A stretch of DNA of 49,265 bases. Origin: a bacterium. GTDB lineage: Bacteria; JAJRZV01. The stretch is taken from contig JAJRZV010000065.1 of NCBI GenBank assembly GCA_024275095.1, forward strand, positions 1 through 49,265. Direction: 5' to 3'. Below, piece after piece: positions 9,161 to 20,284 of this stretch. Below the pieces are notes generated by a model, which was not told the origin of the DNA, made no database searches, and saw nothing but the letters and a program-made list of their open reading frames with translations. Position numbers and translations under genes: made by a program. The first letter of the stretch is position 1. Every line of letters starts with the position of its first letter.

Positions 9161-10669
9161 TTGAGACTGAAAGCAGAAGAAATAAGCAGGATTCTCAAGG
9201 AACAGATTGAAAAGACTGCCAAAGTTGTAGAAACCGCAGAAACAGGAACCGTTCTTTCAGTGGGAGATGGCATCGCGCGTGTCTACGGGCTTGATAACGT
9301 AATGGCAGGTGAGCTGGTAACCTTCCCAAATGAGATCTTCGGCATTGCGCTGAACCTGGAAGAGGACAATGTGGGTATTGCTATCCTCGGCGAGGACTAC
9401 GAAATCCACGAAGGAGACGTGGTCAAACGTACGGGACGCATTGCTCAGGTGCCGGTGGGCGAAAGTGTCATCGGTCGCGTGATCAATCCTGTGGGAATAC
9501 CTCTGGACGACAAGGGACCCATCGAAGCAGATGAGTATCGCTTCGTAGAAATTAAAGCACCTGGCGTGGTCCAGCGTCAGCCGGTTAAAGAACCGCTCCA
9601 GACAGGGATCAAGGCGATCGACGCGATGATTCCCATTGGTCGTGGTCAGAGAGAGCTCATTATTGGTGACCGCCAGACAGGAAAAACAGCTATCGCCATT
9701 GATACGATCATCAATCAACGTGATACAGACGTGTACTGCATTTACGTAGCCATTGGCCAGAAACGCTCCACTGTCGCCCAGATCATCGAGAAACTCAAGG
9801 AATTCGGAGCAATGGAATATACAACCGTTGTATCTGCCACCGCTTCGGACCCCGCCACACTCCAGTATCTGGCACCTTACACAGGCTGTACGATCGGTGA
9901 GTGGTTCCGTGATAACGGCAAACACGCGCTTGTGATATACGACGATCTGTCCAAACACGCGGTGGCCTACCGTCAAATGTCCCTTTTGCTCCGGCGTCCA
10001 CCCGGTCGAGAGGCTTTCCCGGGAGACGTTTTCTACCTCCACTCCCGCCTTCTGGAGCGAGCCGCCAAATTGTCTGATGAACTTGGCGGAGGCAGTCTCA
10101 CAGCACTTCCCATTATCGAGACGCAGGCCGGCGACATCTCGGCCTACATTCCTACCAACGTAATCTCTATCACGGACGGCCAGATTTATCTTGAAACAGA
10201 TCTGTTCTACGCCGGTATTCGACCGGCAATTAATGTAGGACTTTCTGTTTCACGCGTGGGTGGCTCCGCCCAGGTGAAGGCCATGAAAAAAGTCGCTGGA
10301 ATGCTTCGACTCGATCTTGCTCAGTACAGGGAACTGGCGGCATTCGCCCAGTTTGCCTCTGACCTCGATAAAGCAACAAGGCGGCAACTTGAAAGGGGCA
10401 TGCGACTTACAGAACTTCTAAAACAGGACCAGTACAAACCAATGCCTGTGGAGCAGCAGATTGTGGTGATATTTGCCGGCACAAGGGGCTTTACTGACAA
10501 GTATCCAGTGGAAGTATTGAGCAGGTATGAAAAAGAGCTCCTGTCCTATATGGAAAGCAGGCATGCGGACCTCCTCAAGGAGATCGCAGAGAAAAAAGAT
10601 ATCGATGAAAACCTGGAAAAACGCCTCGCAGATGCATTGAATGCTTTTGACGGAGTGTTTCAGCCGTGA
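9161..10669 (+). CDS. atpA: ATP synthase F1 subunit alpha
   Basis: [10 protein letters not shown], Walker [33 protein letters not shown] 9161 lies 6 nt after GGAGG. Confidence 0.99.
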   Translation: MRLKAEEISRILKEQIEKTAKVVETAETGTVLSVGDGIARVYGLDNVMAGELVTFPNEIFGIALNLEEDNVGIAILGEDYEIHEGDVVKRTGRIAQVPVGESVIGRVINPVGIPLDDKGPIEADEYRFVEIKAPGVVQRQPVKEPLQTGIKAIDAMIPIGRGQRELIIGDRQTGKTAIAIDTIINQRDTDVYCIYVAIGQKRSTVAQIIEKLKEFGAMEYTTVVSATASDPATLQYLAPYTGCTIGEWFRDNGKHALVIYDDLSKHAVAYRQMSLLLRRPPGREAFPGDVFYLHSRLLERAAKLSDELGGGSLTALPIIETQAGDISAYIPTNVISITDGQIYLETDLFYAGIRPAINVGLSVSRVGGSAQVKAMKKVAGMLRLDLAQYRELAAFAQFASDLDKATRRQLERGMRLTELLKQDQYKPMPVEQQIVVIFAGTRGFTDKYPVEVLSRYEKELLSYMESRHADLLKEIAEKKDIDENLEKRLADALNAFDGVFQP

Positions 10670-11529
10670 AAGGTCTGCGCTTCATCAGACGTCGAATTAG
10701 AAGTATTAAAAACACCCAGCGCATTACCAGGGCCATGAAAATGGTGGCCGCGGCAAAACTCAACCGCGTTGAAGGAACCCTGAAAACATTCAGGGCTTAT
10801 AGCGACGAGTTCAACCGGGTTGCAGGTGAGATGCTCGGAGGACTTGAAAACATTTCTCATCCATTTCTCGAGGAAAAACCGGAAAAACGTGTTCACATAG
10901 TTGCAATTGCTTCAGATAGAGGATTGTGCGGCAGTTACAACCACAACATTCTCAATCTTATTGAAAAACACTGGAAGGATTTAAAAGCCAGAGGAGTGGA
11001 AGTTGATTTCACCGCTGTTGGAAAACGCAGTGCTGACTTTATAAAGAAAAGAGCCGGGAATGTAATCGAATCTTTTGTGGGTTCCATTGACCGCGAACTT
11101 TTGAATATTGAAAATGCTCTCGTAGAGATCGTATCGGGTCGGTTCCTCAGCGGAGAAGCAGATGCTGTGTACGCAGCATATACCCGATTCGTCAGTCCCG
11201 TATCCCAAATTCCTCAGTGGCAACGGCTACTACCCGCACCTTTTAAGACAGAGGAAAGCTATCGTGTGGTACCCATTATCGAGCCATCCACGCAACGGGT
11301 GGTGGACAGAATTATGACGGAGTATCTCCGTGTGAGTATCCGGAGAACCCTCATGGAGGCCATCACCAGTGAACACGCTGCCCGTATGACAGCGATGGAT
11401 AACGCCACAAACAATGCTGAAGACCTTATAAATCGTCTCACCCTTCTTTACAACAAAGAACGACAGGCTTCCATTACCCGTGAGCTTCTGGATATCACAA
11501 ATGGTAAGGAAGCCATCGAATTTGGATAA
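10666..11529 (+). CDS. atpG: ATP synthase F1 subunit gamma
   Basis: [44 protein letters not shown]. Confidence 0.98.
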   Translation: MKGLRFIRRRIRSIKNTQRITRAMKMVAAAKLNRVEGTLKTFRAYSDEFNRVAGEMLGGLENISHPFLEEKPEKRVHIVAIASDRGLCGSYNHNILNLIEKHWKDLKARGVEVDFTAVGKRSADFIKKRAGNVIESFVGSIDRELLNIENALVEIVSGRFLSGEADAVYAAYTRFVSPVSQIPQWQRLLPAPFKTEESYRVVPIIEPSTQRVVDRIMTEYLRVSIRRTLMEAITSEHAARMTAMDNATNNAEDLINRLTLLYNKERQASITRELLDITNGKEAIEFG

Positions 11530-12966
<1,437 letters not shown>

Positions 12967-12969
12967 TAA

Positions 12970-13203
12970 ATGAAAGTTCGCATTATTCACTACGAAAAGG
13001 GCACGGTTTTCGAGGGGGATGTTGAAGCCGTGTACTTTCCTTCTGAAGCTGGAGACACAGGTGTTTTACCCGGTCATGCTGAATACTATGCCCTTCTAAG
13101 CAGTGGCGCAGTAAAAGTTTACGGGAAAGAGTCGTTAGAGCTGGAAATAAACCGTGGTACTGTTGCTGTAAAATCTGATAGTGTGGTGATGCTCATCCGG
13201 TAA
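12970..13203 (+). CDS. atpC: ATP synthase F1 subunit epsilon, N-terminal beta-sandwich only
   Basis: GDTGVLPGHA signature; follows atpD; only 77 aa. Confidence 0.88.
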   Translation: MKVRIIHYEKGTVFEGDVEAVYFPSEAGDTGVLPGHAEYYALLSSGAVKVYGKESLELEINRGTVAVKSDSVVMLIR

Positions 13204-13215
13204 TTTCGGAAAGTT

Positions 13216-13752
13216 TCAACACACGGGTTTGACAGTAATCTTTACCTTTCCCCCTTCTACTTTCACCCGCACGTTCACGTCCCGGGCATTATATTTCTTC
13301 TTAATGGTCTCCACGTTTTTGCGAATTGTCTCTGCCAGTTTGTTTTCGTCTTCAATCTTTAACCGAAGGCCCAATTGTTTATGCGCTTCAATGTACTTTT
13401 TCGCTGCTTCTTTGATCGGGTCGGCAACAGGTTGCGACTGGAAAGCGGCTTTCTTTTTAACAGGAGCCTTTTGCAAAAGTTCTTTCTCAACGTGAGAGGT
13501 ATCCATGATCGCACGCAACTTTCTGTTCCACAACGTTGTGTAAGATGTATATGAAGCACAGATGCTTTGAAACAGGTATTTATCGCCCGTATTGACAATT
13601 CTCTTTTGCGAAAGTTCTCGAATGAGTGCTTCCACTTCTCCTCTTAACTCCACAGGTTCCTTCTTTAAAAGACCGGCAAAGAACTGGTCATAATCTTTTT
13701 TCAAGCGTTCAAACTTGGATTTTAAAAGCTGTATTTTTTCTCTCACCGACAT
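13216..13752 (-). CDS. MXAN_5187 C-terminal-domain-like protein, function unknown
   Basis: YDQFFAG..K.EP, NTGDKYLFQS, Y..LWNRKLR and terminal VKVEGGKVKITVKP pattern recalled for this deltaproteobacterial family. Confidence 0.7.
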   Translation of the reverse strand: MSVREKIQLLKSKFERLKKDYDQFFAGLLKKEPVELRGEVEALIRELSQKRIVNTGDKYLFQSICASYTSYTTLWNRKLRAIMDTSHVEKELLQKAPVKKKAAFQSQPVADPIKEAAKKYIEAHKQLGLRLKIEDENKLAETIRKNVETIKKKYNARDVNVRVKVEGGKVKITVKPVC

Positions 13753-13759
13753 GGTTGCT

Positions 13760-13787
13760 ATTTTACATCAGTTAACATCTTCTTCAA
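13760..13787 (-). promoter_or_regulatory. Putative leaderless-type sigma70 promoter
   Basis: Minus strand TTGAAG-16 nt-TAAAAT, then 7 nt to ATG 13752. No SD. Confidence 0.5.
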
Positions 13788-13931
13788 ATCCGTCTTTGAA
13801 TTTACAGTAGAGGCCTCCTTTCAAACGCCCATAAAAAGGGCATTCAGGAGTTGACACCACGGCATAAAGGTATAAAATAAAGGCTGTGGGCAGGGTGGAC
13901 ATTTCAATAATTCCAACAGGGGGTGGAAGGA

Positions 13932-14222
13932 ATGACAAAAGGTGAACTGGTAGCAGAAATTGCAAAAAAGGCTGGCCTGTCCAAGGCAGCCGCGGAAAAA
14001 GCACTCAATGCATTTGTTGAGACAGTAACCGGTGCTCTTAAGAAAAAGGACAAGGTGGCTATTGCTGGATTCGGTATATTTTCAGTGGCCAAGCGTAAAG
14101 CTCGTACCGGAATCAACCCGCTGACCAAAGAGAAAATTAAGATTCCCGCTCAGACAGTACCCAAGTTCAAACCCGGCAAAGAACTCAAGGAAGCTGTTGG
14201 AGGAAAGAAGAAGAAAAAATAA
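13932..14222 (+). CDS. hup: DNA-binding protein HU with Lys tail
   Basis: MTKGELVAEIA, GFGIF, RKARTGINPLT, PKFKPGKELK; ends GGKKKKK. Confidence 0.97.
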   Translation: MTKGELVAEIAKKAGLSKAAAEKALNAFVETVTGALKKKDKVAIAGFGIFSVAKRKARTGINPLTKEKIKIPAQTVPKFKPGKELKEAVGGKKKKK

Positions 14223-14330
14223 AAGGGGCAGAAAACCCTCTACAAAAATCTCTCTGTCCACCCTGCTCACACGTAAAAGATAAAAGTTCTTCAGAAAATA
14301 CCATCAAACAGAGCGGATAAGATTTTATTT

Positions 14331-15776
14331 TTATCCCTCCGGGAATGTATACCGAAGCCTGGGGTTGCGAGCAGCACCAACTTCGTCGAGCCTGCCCACA
14401 GGAGTGTTCTGAGGACTCTTTTTTACCTCTTCCGGTTCTGAGGCAGCGATTTCAAGAAGTGCTCTCGCAAAGGCTTCCAGGGTCTCTTTTGATTCCGTCT
14501 CGGTCGGCTCAATCATAATTGCACCCTGTACAGTAATGGGGAAATACACTGTCGGTGGATGAAAACCCCTGTCGAGGAGAGCCTTGGCCATATCCAGAGC
14601 GGTGATACCTTTCTTTTCTTTTTGATATTTGTCCGTGATGACGAATTCGTGAAGTGTCTCGGTGGCATAAGGCATGTAAAAATGTTTTTCGAGAAGTGCA
14701 CGAAGATACCTGGCGTTGAGCACCGCAATTTCTGCAACTCGTTTGAGACCGTCGCTACCCAGGCGGATCATGTAAGCCAGAGCCTGTACTGCCACCGCGA
14801 AGTGACCCGGAAATGCCCGCACACGACCAATGGTGTGAGCACGCTTTTCGAGAACAAACTTTCCATCTTTTTTTACAATGCGCTCACCCGGCAGAAACGG
14901 TTCCAAAAAATCTCTCACAGCCACTGGACCACTACCAGGGCCTCCGCCTCCATGAGGTGTACCGAATGTTTTGTGTAAGTTCAACTGAACAATGTCTGCG
15001 CCCATATCACCGGGCCGCACAATTCCTAACAAAGCGTTCATGTTCGCACCATCCATATATACAAGCCCACCGGCTTCGTGAACCATGTGCGCGATTTTTT
15101 TAAAGTCACGTTCGAATATTCCGAAGGTGTTGGGATTGGTAAGCATAATCCCTGCTGTTTCGTCGTCTATCATTGATTCCACGTCCTTTGCCCGGACAAA
15201 GCCTTCGGGGCCAGATTTCACTTCCACAGCCTCGAATCCCGCCATGGTACAGGATGCAGGATTGGTTCCGTGGGCTGTATCAGGCACAATAATCTTTTTC
15301 TTCTTCGTAAATCCGTTTTCTCGAAGGTACGCTGCGAGTATGAGCAGTCCGGTCAACTCTCCATGGGCTCCGGCAGCGGGCATGAGAGTGACAGCGTGAA
15401 GACCGACGGTTTCCGCAAGCATTTGCTCCAGATGAAACAACACCTCCAATGCTCCCTGAAGGTCGTCCAGAGGCTGTAAGGGGTGAATGTCGGTTGCACC
15501 TGCATGTGATGCAAGCCTCAGGGAAAAACGTGGATTGTATTTCATCGTACACGAACCGAGTGGGTAAAATGTATGGTCCACACCGAGATTCATCTCGGCC
15601 AGACGCGTGTAATGACGAGTGACCTCAACTTCAGCCACTCGAGGGAGACGAGGAGCATCTTTTCTCTCAACCTCCGGTGCAAAGAAGTACGGCTTTATTC
15701 CTTCGGAATTCACAATCCGGCCGGTTTGCTCCTGGTCTGAAATTTCGAATACAACTTGATATTCCTCTTTCTTCAC
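14331..15776 (-). CDS. gcvPB: Glycine dehydrogenase (decarboxylating) subunit 2
   Basis: YPLGSCTMKYNP, PAAGAHGE, AHGTNPAS, PLP motif NLHKTFGTPHGGGGPG, MIEPTETE. GTG 15776 overlaps the gcvPA stop. Confidence 0.97.
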   Translation of the reverse strand: MKKEEYQVVFEISDQEQTGRIVNSEGIKPYFFAPEVERKDAPRLPRVAEVEVTRHYTRLAEMNLGVDHTFYPLGSCTMKYNPRFSLRLASHAGATDIHPLQPLDDLQGALEVLFHLEQMLAETVGLHAVTLMPAAGAHGELTGLLILAAYLRENGFTKKKKIIVPDTAHGTNPASCTMAGFEAVEVKSGPEGFVRAKDVESMIDDETAGIMLTNPNTFGIFERDFKKIAHMVHEAGGLVYMDGANMNALLGIVRPGDMGADIVQLNLHKTFGTPHGGGGPGSGPVAVRDFLEPFLPGERIVKKDGKFVLEKRAHTIGRVRAFPGHFAVAVQALAYMIRLGSDGLKRVAEIAVLNARYLRALLEKHFYMPYATETLHEFVITDKYQKEKKGITALDMAKALLDRGFHPPTVYFPITVQGAIMIEPTETESKETLEAFARALLEIAASEPEEVKKSPQNTPVGRLDEVGAARNPRLRYTFPEG

Positions 15777-17119
15777 TGACACACCTTTTTCATTGCTGTT
15801 ACAAATTCATCCATTGATTGGGGAGCAACCTTTTCTGTAACCGCGACGAGAAGCTGTTTGTCATCTGCGTCGGCGTCTATCTCTACTACAGGTACTCCAG
15901 CGAGAAATCCCATCTCCAGCAAACTGTCACGTGCTTTTGCGGCTGGTACGGGTAAACACACGGTAAACTCATTGAAGAATTCTCCATCGAAGGCGGGTTT
16001 TACCCCCGGAACTTCCTGTACTTTCTTGTAGAGATAATGGGCCCGAGCCGCATTGTCCCGTGCTAAATCCACCAGTGAAGGCCCCATAAGGCTCAAATAT
16101 ACAGCTGCTGCTACTGCGTTAAGCTGTACATTAGTACATACATTACTGGTGGCCCGTGCCCTGCGGATGTGTTGCTCGCGGGTGGAAAGGGTGAACACGA
16201 ATCCACGCCGGCCTTTCGCATCGCGTGTTTCTCCGGCCACACGCCCGGGCATCTGTCTCACGTACTTCATGCGTGTTGCAAATACCCCGAGCAGAGGTCC
16301 CCCAAAGGACGGAGGCAGTCCAAAGGACTGACCCTCTCCCGCTGTGATGTGAAATCCGGCTTCACCTGGAGACTTCAGAACAGCGAGAGACAACGCCTCT
16401 GTAAAAACATGAACAGCAATAGCGCCTTTTTCTTCCGCCGCTTTTGCCCAGGCATCCAGATCCTCTATAACACCGAAGAAATTGGGACTCTGCACCACGA
16501 CCACATCACCTTTTCCCAGGTCCTCATTTCGCAAGTCTGCGGTGGTTCCAGTTGAGCTTAAGGGCAGTTCTTTCACAACAGCAATACGGTCTGACAGGTA
16601 CGTTTTAATAACCTCCCGGTAATACGGATGGATTCCTTTCGAAAGAAAAACCCTCTCTCCCTTTCCAACCCTCAGGGCCATAAGAACAGCCTCTGCTGCC
16701 GCCGTGCTCCCATCATAGAGACTTGCATTTGCTACCTCCATGCCTGTGAGTTCACAGACCATGGTCTGATATTCAAAAGCAGCAGTGAGAATCCCCTGGC
16801 TTGCTTCCGGCTGATAGGGCGTGTACGGCGTCACGAAACCCGGCAGGCTTACTATGGAGTTCACGGCCGCAGGTATATAGTGATTATATACACCCGCGCC
16901 CACCAGACTTACCTTGTACGAGCTCAATGTCTTGTTGGAATTTAACATGTTCTCCATGAGCTGCGTGGTCTCCTGTTCACTTAGACCCTCGGGCAATTCG
17001 AGGGGGCGATTGAGCTTCACATCTTCAGGAATGGAGCTGAAAAGGTCCTCGATAGATGAAAGACCCAGCGAGGTTAACATCTCTTCAATGCTTTTGCGCG
17101 TGTGGGTGGTAAACGGCAT
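15773..17119 (-). CDS. gcvPA: Glycine dehydrogenase (decarboxylating) subunit 1
   Basis: GAGVYNHYIP, YTPYQPEASQG, NASLYDG, TREQHIRRARATSNVCTN. Start set at MPF (17119). Confidence 0.97.
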   Translation of the reverse strand: MPFTTHTRKSIEEMLTSLGLSSIEDLFSSIPEDVKLNRPLELPEGLSEQETTQLMENMLNSNKTLSSYKVSLVGAGVYNHYIPAAVNSIVSLPGFVTPYTPYQPEASQGILTAAFEYQTMVCELTGMEVANASLYDGSTAAAEAVLMALRVGKGERVFLSKGIHPYYREVIKTYLSDRIAVVKELPLSSTGTTADLRNEDLGKGDVVVVQSPNFFGVIEDLDAWAKAAEEKGAIAVHVFTEALSLAVLKSPGEAGFHITAGEGQSFGLPPSFGGPLLGVFATRMKYVRQMPGRVAGETRDAKGRRGFVFTLSTREQHIRRARATSNVCTNVQLNAVAAAVYLSLMGPSLVDLARDNAARAHYLYKKVQEVPGVKPAFDGEFFNEFTVCLPVPAAKARDSLLEMGFLAGVPVVEIDADADDKQLLVAVTEKVAPQSMDEFVTAMKKVCQ

Positions 17120-17126
17120 GGTGAGG

Positions 17127-17155
17127 TTACTACCCTTCATTTTGCTGAATGTCAA
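17127..17155 (-). promoter_or_regulatory. Putative leaderless-type promoter of gcvPA
   Basis: Minus strand TTGACA-17 nt-TAGTAA, then 7 nt to ATG 17119. No SD. Confidence 0.5.
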
Positions 17156-17214
17156 GAGAAGCGAACGTTTTTTTAAGCCCCGCGAAAAAAATTGTTTACT
17201 TTATATTCTTAACA

Positions 17215-17243
17215 TTCACACAAGCGCAGAGCTCATGTATAAT
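17215..17243 (+). promoter_or_regulatory. Putative sigma70 promoter of the pseudokinase-FGE gene
   Basis: TTCACA-17 nt-TATAAT; SD AGGAG at 17256. Confidence 0.6.
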
Positions 17244-17266
17244 GCCTTTGCAATCAGGAGAAAGTG

Positions 17267-19279
17267 ATGGAGCACCTCAAGCCAGGGGATGTTTTTCTCG
17301 ACACTTATGAAGTAAGGGAGTGTCTCTGGAAAAGCAAGAGCGAACTCACATTCCGCGTTAAAGATCTCATTTCTGACAAATCTTACGTGTTAAAAGCTTT
17401 CAAGGCTCAGGGAACCATTGATGAGGAGATACGATTTCGCAATGCCGTATCCCGCGCTTCTCGCATCTCTTCCCGACACGTGGCAGCAATTCATCAGTAC
17501 GGGGTTCAGGAAGGGTATTTATATTTTATTGAAGAGTTCATAGAGGGTGTACCCCTGTCCCAGCTCGTTGAAGCCAGGAAAGACAGGCCATTTCTTCCTG
17601 AAGAGGTGGAATCACTTATCAGCGACCTTATCGTGGCGCTGGATGCAGTGCATTCAGAAATTCCTCATTTATTAATTCACCCCGATAATGTGATAGTACT
17701 TGCTGACAGAGCCGTACTTACCGATGCCGGCAAAGCACTGGCGTTGCCTCCTGAAGTTGTGGTTCACAGTGAGGAAGAAAAAGGCCGCCCTCCTGTAATA
17801 TTCCCGCCTGAATTTCGAAACAATTCATCCACCATCACCACAACAGCAGACATCTACTGCCTGGGAGTGCTTCTGTACATGCTGTTCACCGGGGATTACC
17901 CTCGAGAAGCCGAGCCATCTATGCCCAGCGAAATCAATGAGGACCTCACTGTAGATGTAGATGATTTTGTACTCGGTTGCATGGCCGCCGAGACAAACAT
18001 GAGACCTGCCTCTACCAAACAATTTCTCGTTGCCTTTTACGAGCTTCTCGGAAAGGAAGCACCTTCAAGAGGCAGTGAAGCACGAGAGTTCAATATCGGG
18101 GAGATGCTCGTGGAGAAGAGTGCCGTAGAAGAAGAGGACCTGATGTCTCTTCTCTCAGATCTCACCGGAGAAGAAAAGAAAGAATTGGAGAAAGTTCCAC
18201 CTCCTGTTACGGTAGAGGAGCCGGAAGAACCTGAAATCGTAATATCACCCCCCCGTTCGAATGTTACTCTCATTGTAATATCTGCACTTATTTCTGCAGC
18301 TGTGGCAGCAGGGGCTGCTTATTTCGTGGTGAGGATGAAGTCAGCAGAGCGCTCGTCGATCTCACCGCCTCCCCCACCTGCAACAAATAAGATTGCAAAA
18401 GGTGTAACCGTACCGGTAAAACCATCGCCACTCCCTGGTGTGCCTCCATCAGCAAAACAGGCAAAGACTGTGGAACAAAATGTGCCTCCAAAAAGTCCTG
18501 CACCACTCACATCCGCGCCCGTTCCACTTACGAAAGAACAGAAAAAAAGTGCCGAAAAAAAACGGGAAGAAAAGGCGATCAAGACAGCAGCCATTCCCGC
18601 TTCCCGGAAGGGTGAAAAAAAACCAGCTCCACCTCCTCGAAAAAAACGGGTACACATACCTCCCGCCAAGAAAAGTGTAAAGAAAAAAAAGGAACCCTGC
18701 CCTAAAGGCATGGTTTTTATCCCTGGCGGGTCTGTAATTGTAGGAACCCCTCAGGATGACGAAATGTGGGACCCTACTGATTTATCTGCAAAAAAGGTTC
18801 ACTTAAAAGCTTTTTGCATAGATAAATACGAATACCCCAATAAAAAAGGAAAACTCCCGCAGGCCGCAGTAACCTGGTATGAAGCAAAAGAAATGTGTCA
18901 AAAAGAGGGCAAACGCCTGTGCACAGAAGAAGAATGGGAAAGAGCATGCAAGGGAGATAAATCTTTTAGATTTCCATACGGCAACAAATGGAAAAGTGCT
19001 TATTGTGTCACAGAGGATGCTCGGGGACGAGACCGCAGCTTGTATCCTTCTGGCAAGGCAAGACGCTGTGTCAGTCCCTTTGGGGTATATGACATGAGCG
19101 GTAATCTGGCAGAATGGGTCGCCGATATTTTCGAAAAAGGCCTTAATGATAGAACGGTAAAGGGTGGCTCTTACAAAAGACCCGACTATGCTGTTCGTTG
19201 TGCGTCGCGCATGAATGCCCCCCCTGATACCCGCGATGATGAAGTGGGTTTTCGGTGCTGCGCCGATACCGCAAAGTAA
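17267..19279 (+). CDS. Membrane protein: Ser/Thr kinase-like (pseudokinase) domain, TM, Pro/Lys linker, FGE-sulfatase (SUMF1) domain
   Basis: Kinase scaffold (YVLK, EFIEG..L, PDNV, PPE, ADIYCLGVLLY); TM LIVISALISAAVAAGAAYFVV; CPKGMVFIPGG, RLCTEEEWERAC, FGVYDMSGNLAEW, GFRCC. Confidence 0.88.
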   Translation: MEHLKPGDVFLDTYEVRECLWKSKSELTFRVKDLISDKSYVLKAFKAQGTIDEEIRFRNAVSRASRISSRHVAAIHQYGVQEGYLYFIEEFIEGVPLSQLVEARKDRPFLPEEVESLISDLIVALDAVHSEIPHLLIHPDNVIVLADRAVLTDAGKALALPPEVVVHSEEEKGRPPVIFPPEFRNNSSTITTTADIYCLGVLLYMLFTGDYPREAEPSMPSEINEDLTVDVDDFVLGCMAAETNMRPASTKQFLVAFYELLGKEAPSRGSEAREFNIGEMLVEKSAVEEEDLMSLLSDLTGEEKKELEKVPPPVTVEEPEEPEIVISPPRSNVTLIVISALISAAVAAGAAYFVVRMKSAERSSISPPPPPATNKIAKGVTVPVKPSPLPGVPPSAKQAKTVEQNVPPKSPAPLTSAPVPLTKEQKKSAEKKREEKAIKTAAIPASRKGEKKPAPPPRKKRVHIPPAKKSVKKKKEPCPKGMVFIPGGSVIVGTPQDDEMWDPTDLSAKKVHLKAFCIDKYEYPNKKGKLPQAAVTWYEAKEMCQKEGKRLCTEEEWERACKGDKSFRFPYGNKWKSAYCVTEDARGRDRSLYPSGKARRCVSPFGVYDMSGNLAEWVADIFEKGLNDRTVKGGSYKRPDYAVRCASRMNAPPDTRDDEVGFRCCADTAK

Positions 19280-19360
19280 AATTTATTTTTTACATTTTTT
19301 TCCATATTCTCTTCACAGAACATTTGAAAATGCAGCTCACATCAAGGAAAATGTATTATC

Positions 19361-20284
19361 GTGTGGGGGAAAATTCTGACGACACTTTTGATTGGAGGAC
19401 TCCTCATTGCAAGGGAGGGAGGACCTGCATTTTATATCGTTCAATCTGACGATATCGGCCCCTACAACAAAGCTGTTACCAGTTTCAAGGTTTCATGTGG
19501 TGGAGAGAGCCCTGTTTTTAATCTCAAAGGTAACAGAGGCGATGTAGACAAGGCTGTCTCCCATATAAGAGAAACGTCACCGTCGGTACTTGTGACAGTG
19601 GGCAAACTGGCAACCATTGCACTTGCTCAAAAAGTGAAGGATATCCCTCTGGTTTTCGGCCTCGTGCTCAATCCTCCTGAAGAACTGGTGAAATCCGGAC
19701 GTGTAGCAGGAGTCTCTCTCACTATTCCTGTGGGACGTCAGCTCGAAACCCTGCTTGATATTATTCCTAATGTGAAGGCAGTGGGAACCCTTTACAATCC
19801 CAAAAAATCCCGAAATGAAATCAAGGAACTGTTTCGCATCGCCAGAGAACGAGGCGTCAAGGTCGTCGCTTCACGCATAGACGAGCCTGACGATGCTCCC
19901 AGAGCAATAAGAGCACTGGTTGGCGAGATGGACGCGTTTTTGTTGTTACCCGACCCTACCGTTGCCAACAAGAAAGTATTTTTTCAATTACTTACATTTG
20001 TGGCTCAGAAAAAAATTCCTCTATGGACTCCCTCACGCGCGTTTGTGGAAGCAGGAGCACTGGTCTCACTCGCTCCCAGCTACGAAGGTATTGGAGAGCA
20101 ACTCTGCCGTATTGCCAAAAAAGTGGCACAAGGAACACCTCTTTCAGAAATCGGCGTTCAAAGTCCCGATGTATTTGAATTAACTTTTAACCTTAAAACA
20201 GCGGAACAGCTTAACCTCAATACATTACCCCTCGCAGCGGCGAAATACTGCGTAAAGGCACGATGCAAAATCAACGTATTCTAA
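19361..20284 (+). CDS. ABC-type substrate-binding protein (ABC_sub_bind-like), orphan
   Basis: IPLVFGLVLNP, VGTLYNP, FVEAGAL.S, FNLKTAEQLNL. Start uncertain. Confidence 0.8.
   Translation: MWGKILTTLLIGGLLIAREGGPAFYIVQSDDIGPYNKAVTSFKVSCGGESPVFNLKGNRGDVDKAVSHIRETSPSVLVTVGKLATIALAQKVKDIPLVFGLVLNPPEELVKSGRVAGVSLTIPVGRQLETLLDIIPNVKAVGTLYNPKKSRNEIKELFRIARERGVKVVASRIDEPDDAPRAIRALVGEMDAFLLLPDPTVANKKVFFQLLTFVAQKKIPLWTPSRAFVEAGALVSLAPSYEGIGEQLCRIAKKVAQGTPLSEIGVQSPDVFELTFNLKTAEQLNLNTLPLAAAKYCVKARCKINVF

Noticed and set aside
9257-10042. Long antisense ORFs (for example 9257-10042, 26893-27669, 38326-39204, 40268-41008)
   Set aside because: Shadow frames opposite well-supported genes, with no motifs of their own.
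13814-13850. Imperfect hairpin (CTCCT..GCCC-ATAAAAA-GGGC..AGGAG) between divergent genes, as a possible ncRNA
   Set aside because: Weak interrupted stem with no recognisable RNA family; it lies between two promoter regions.
14223-14240. Possible terminator after hup (AGGG..CCCT)
   Set aside because: Stem of only about 4 bp and no U-tract on the + strand.
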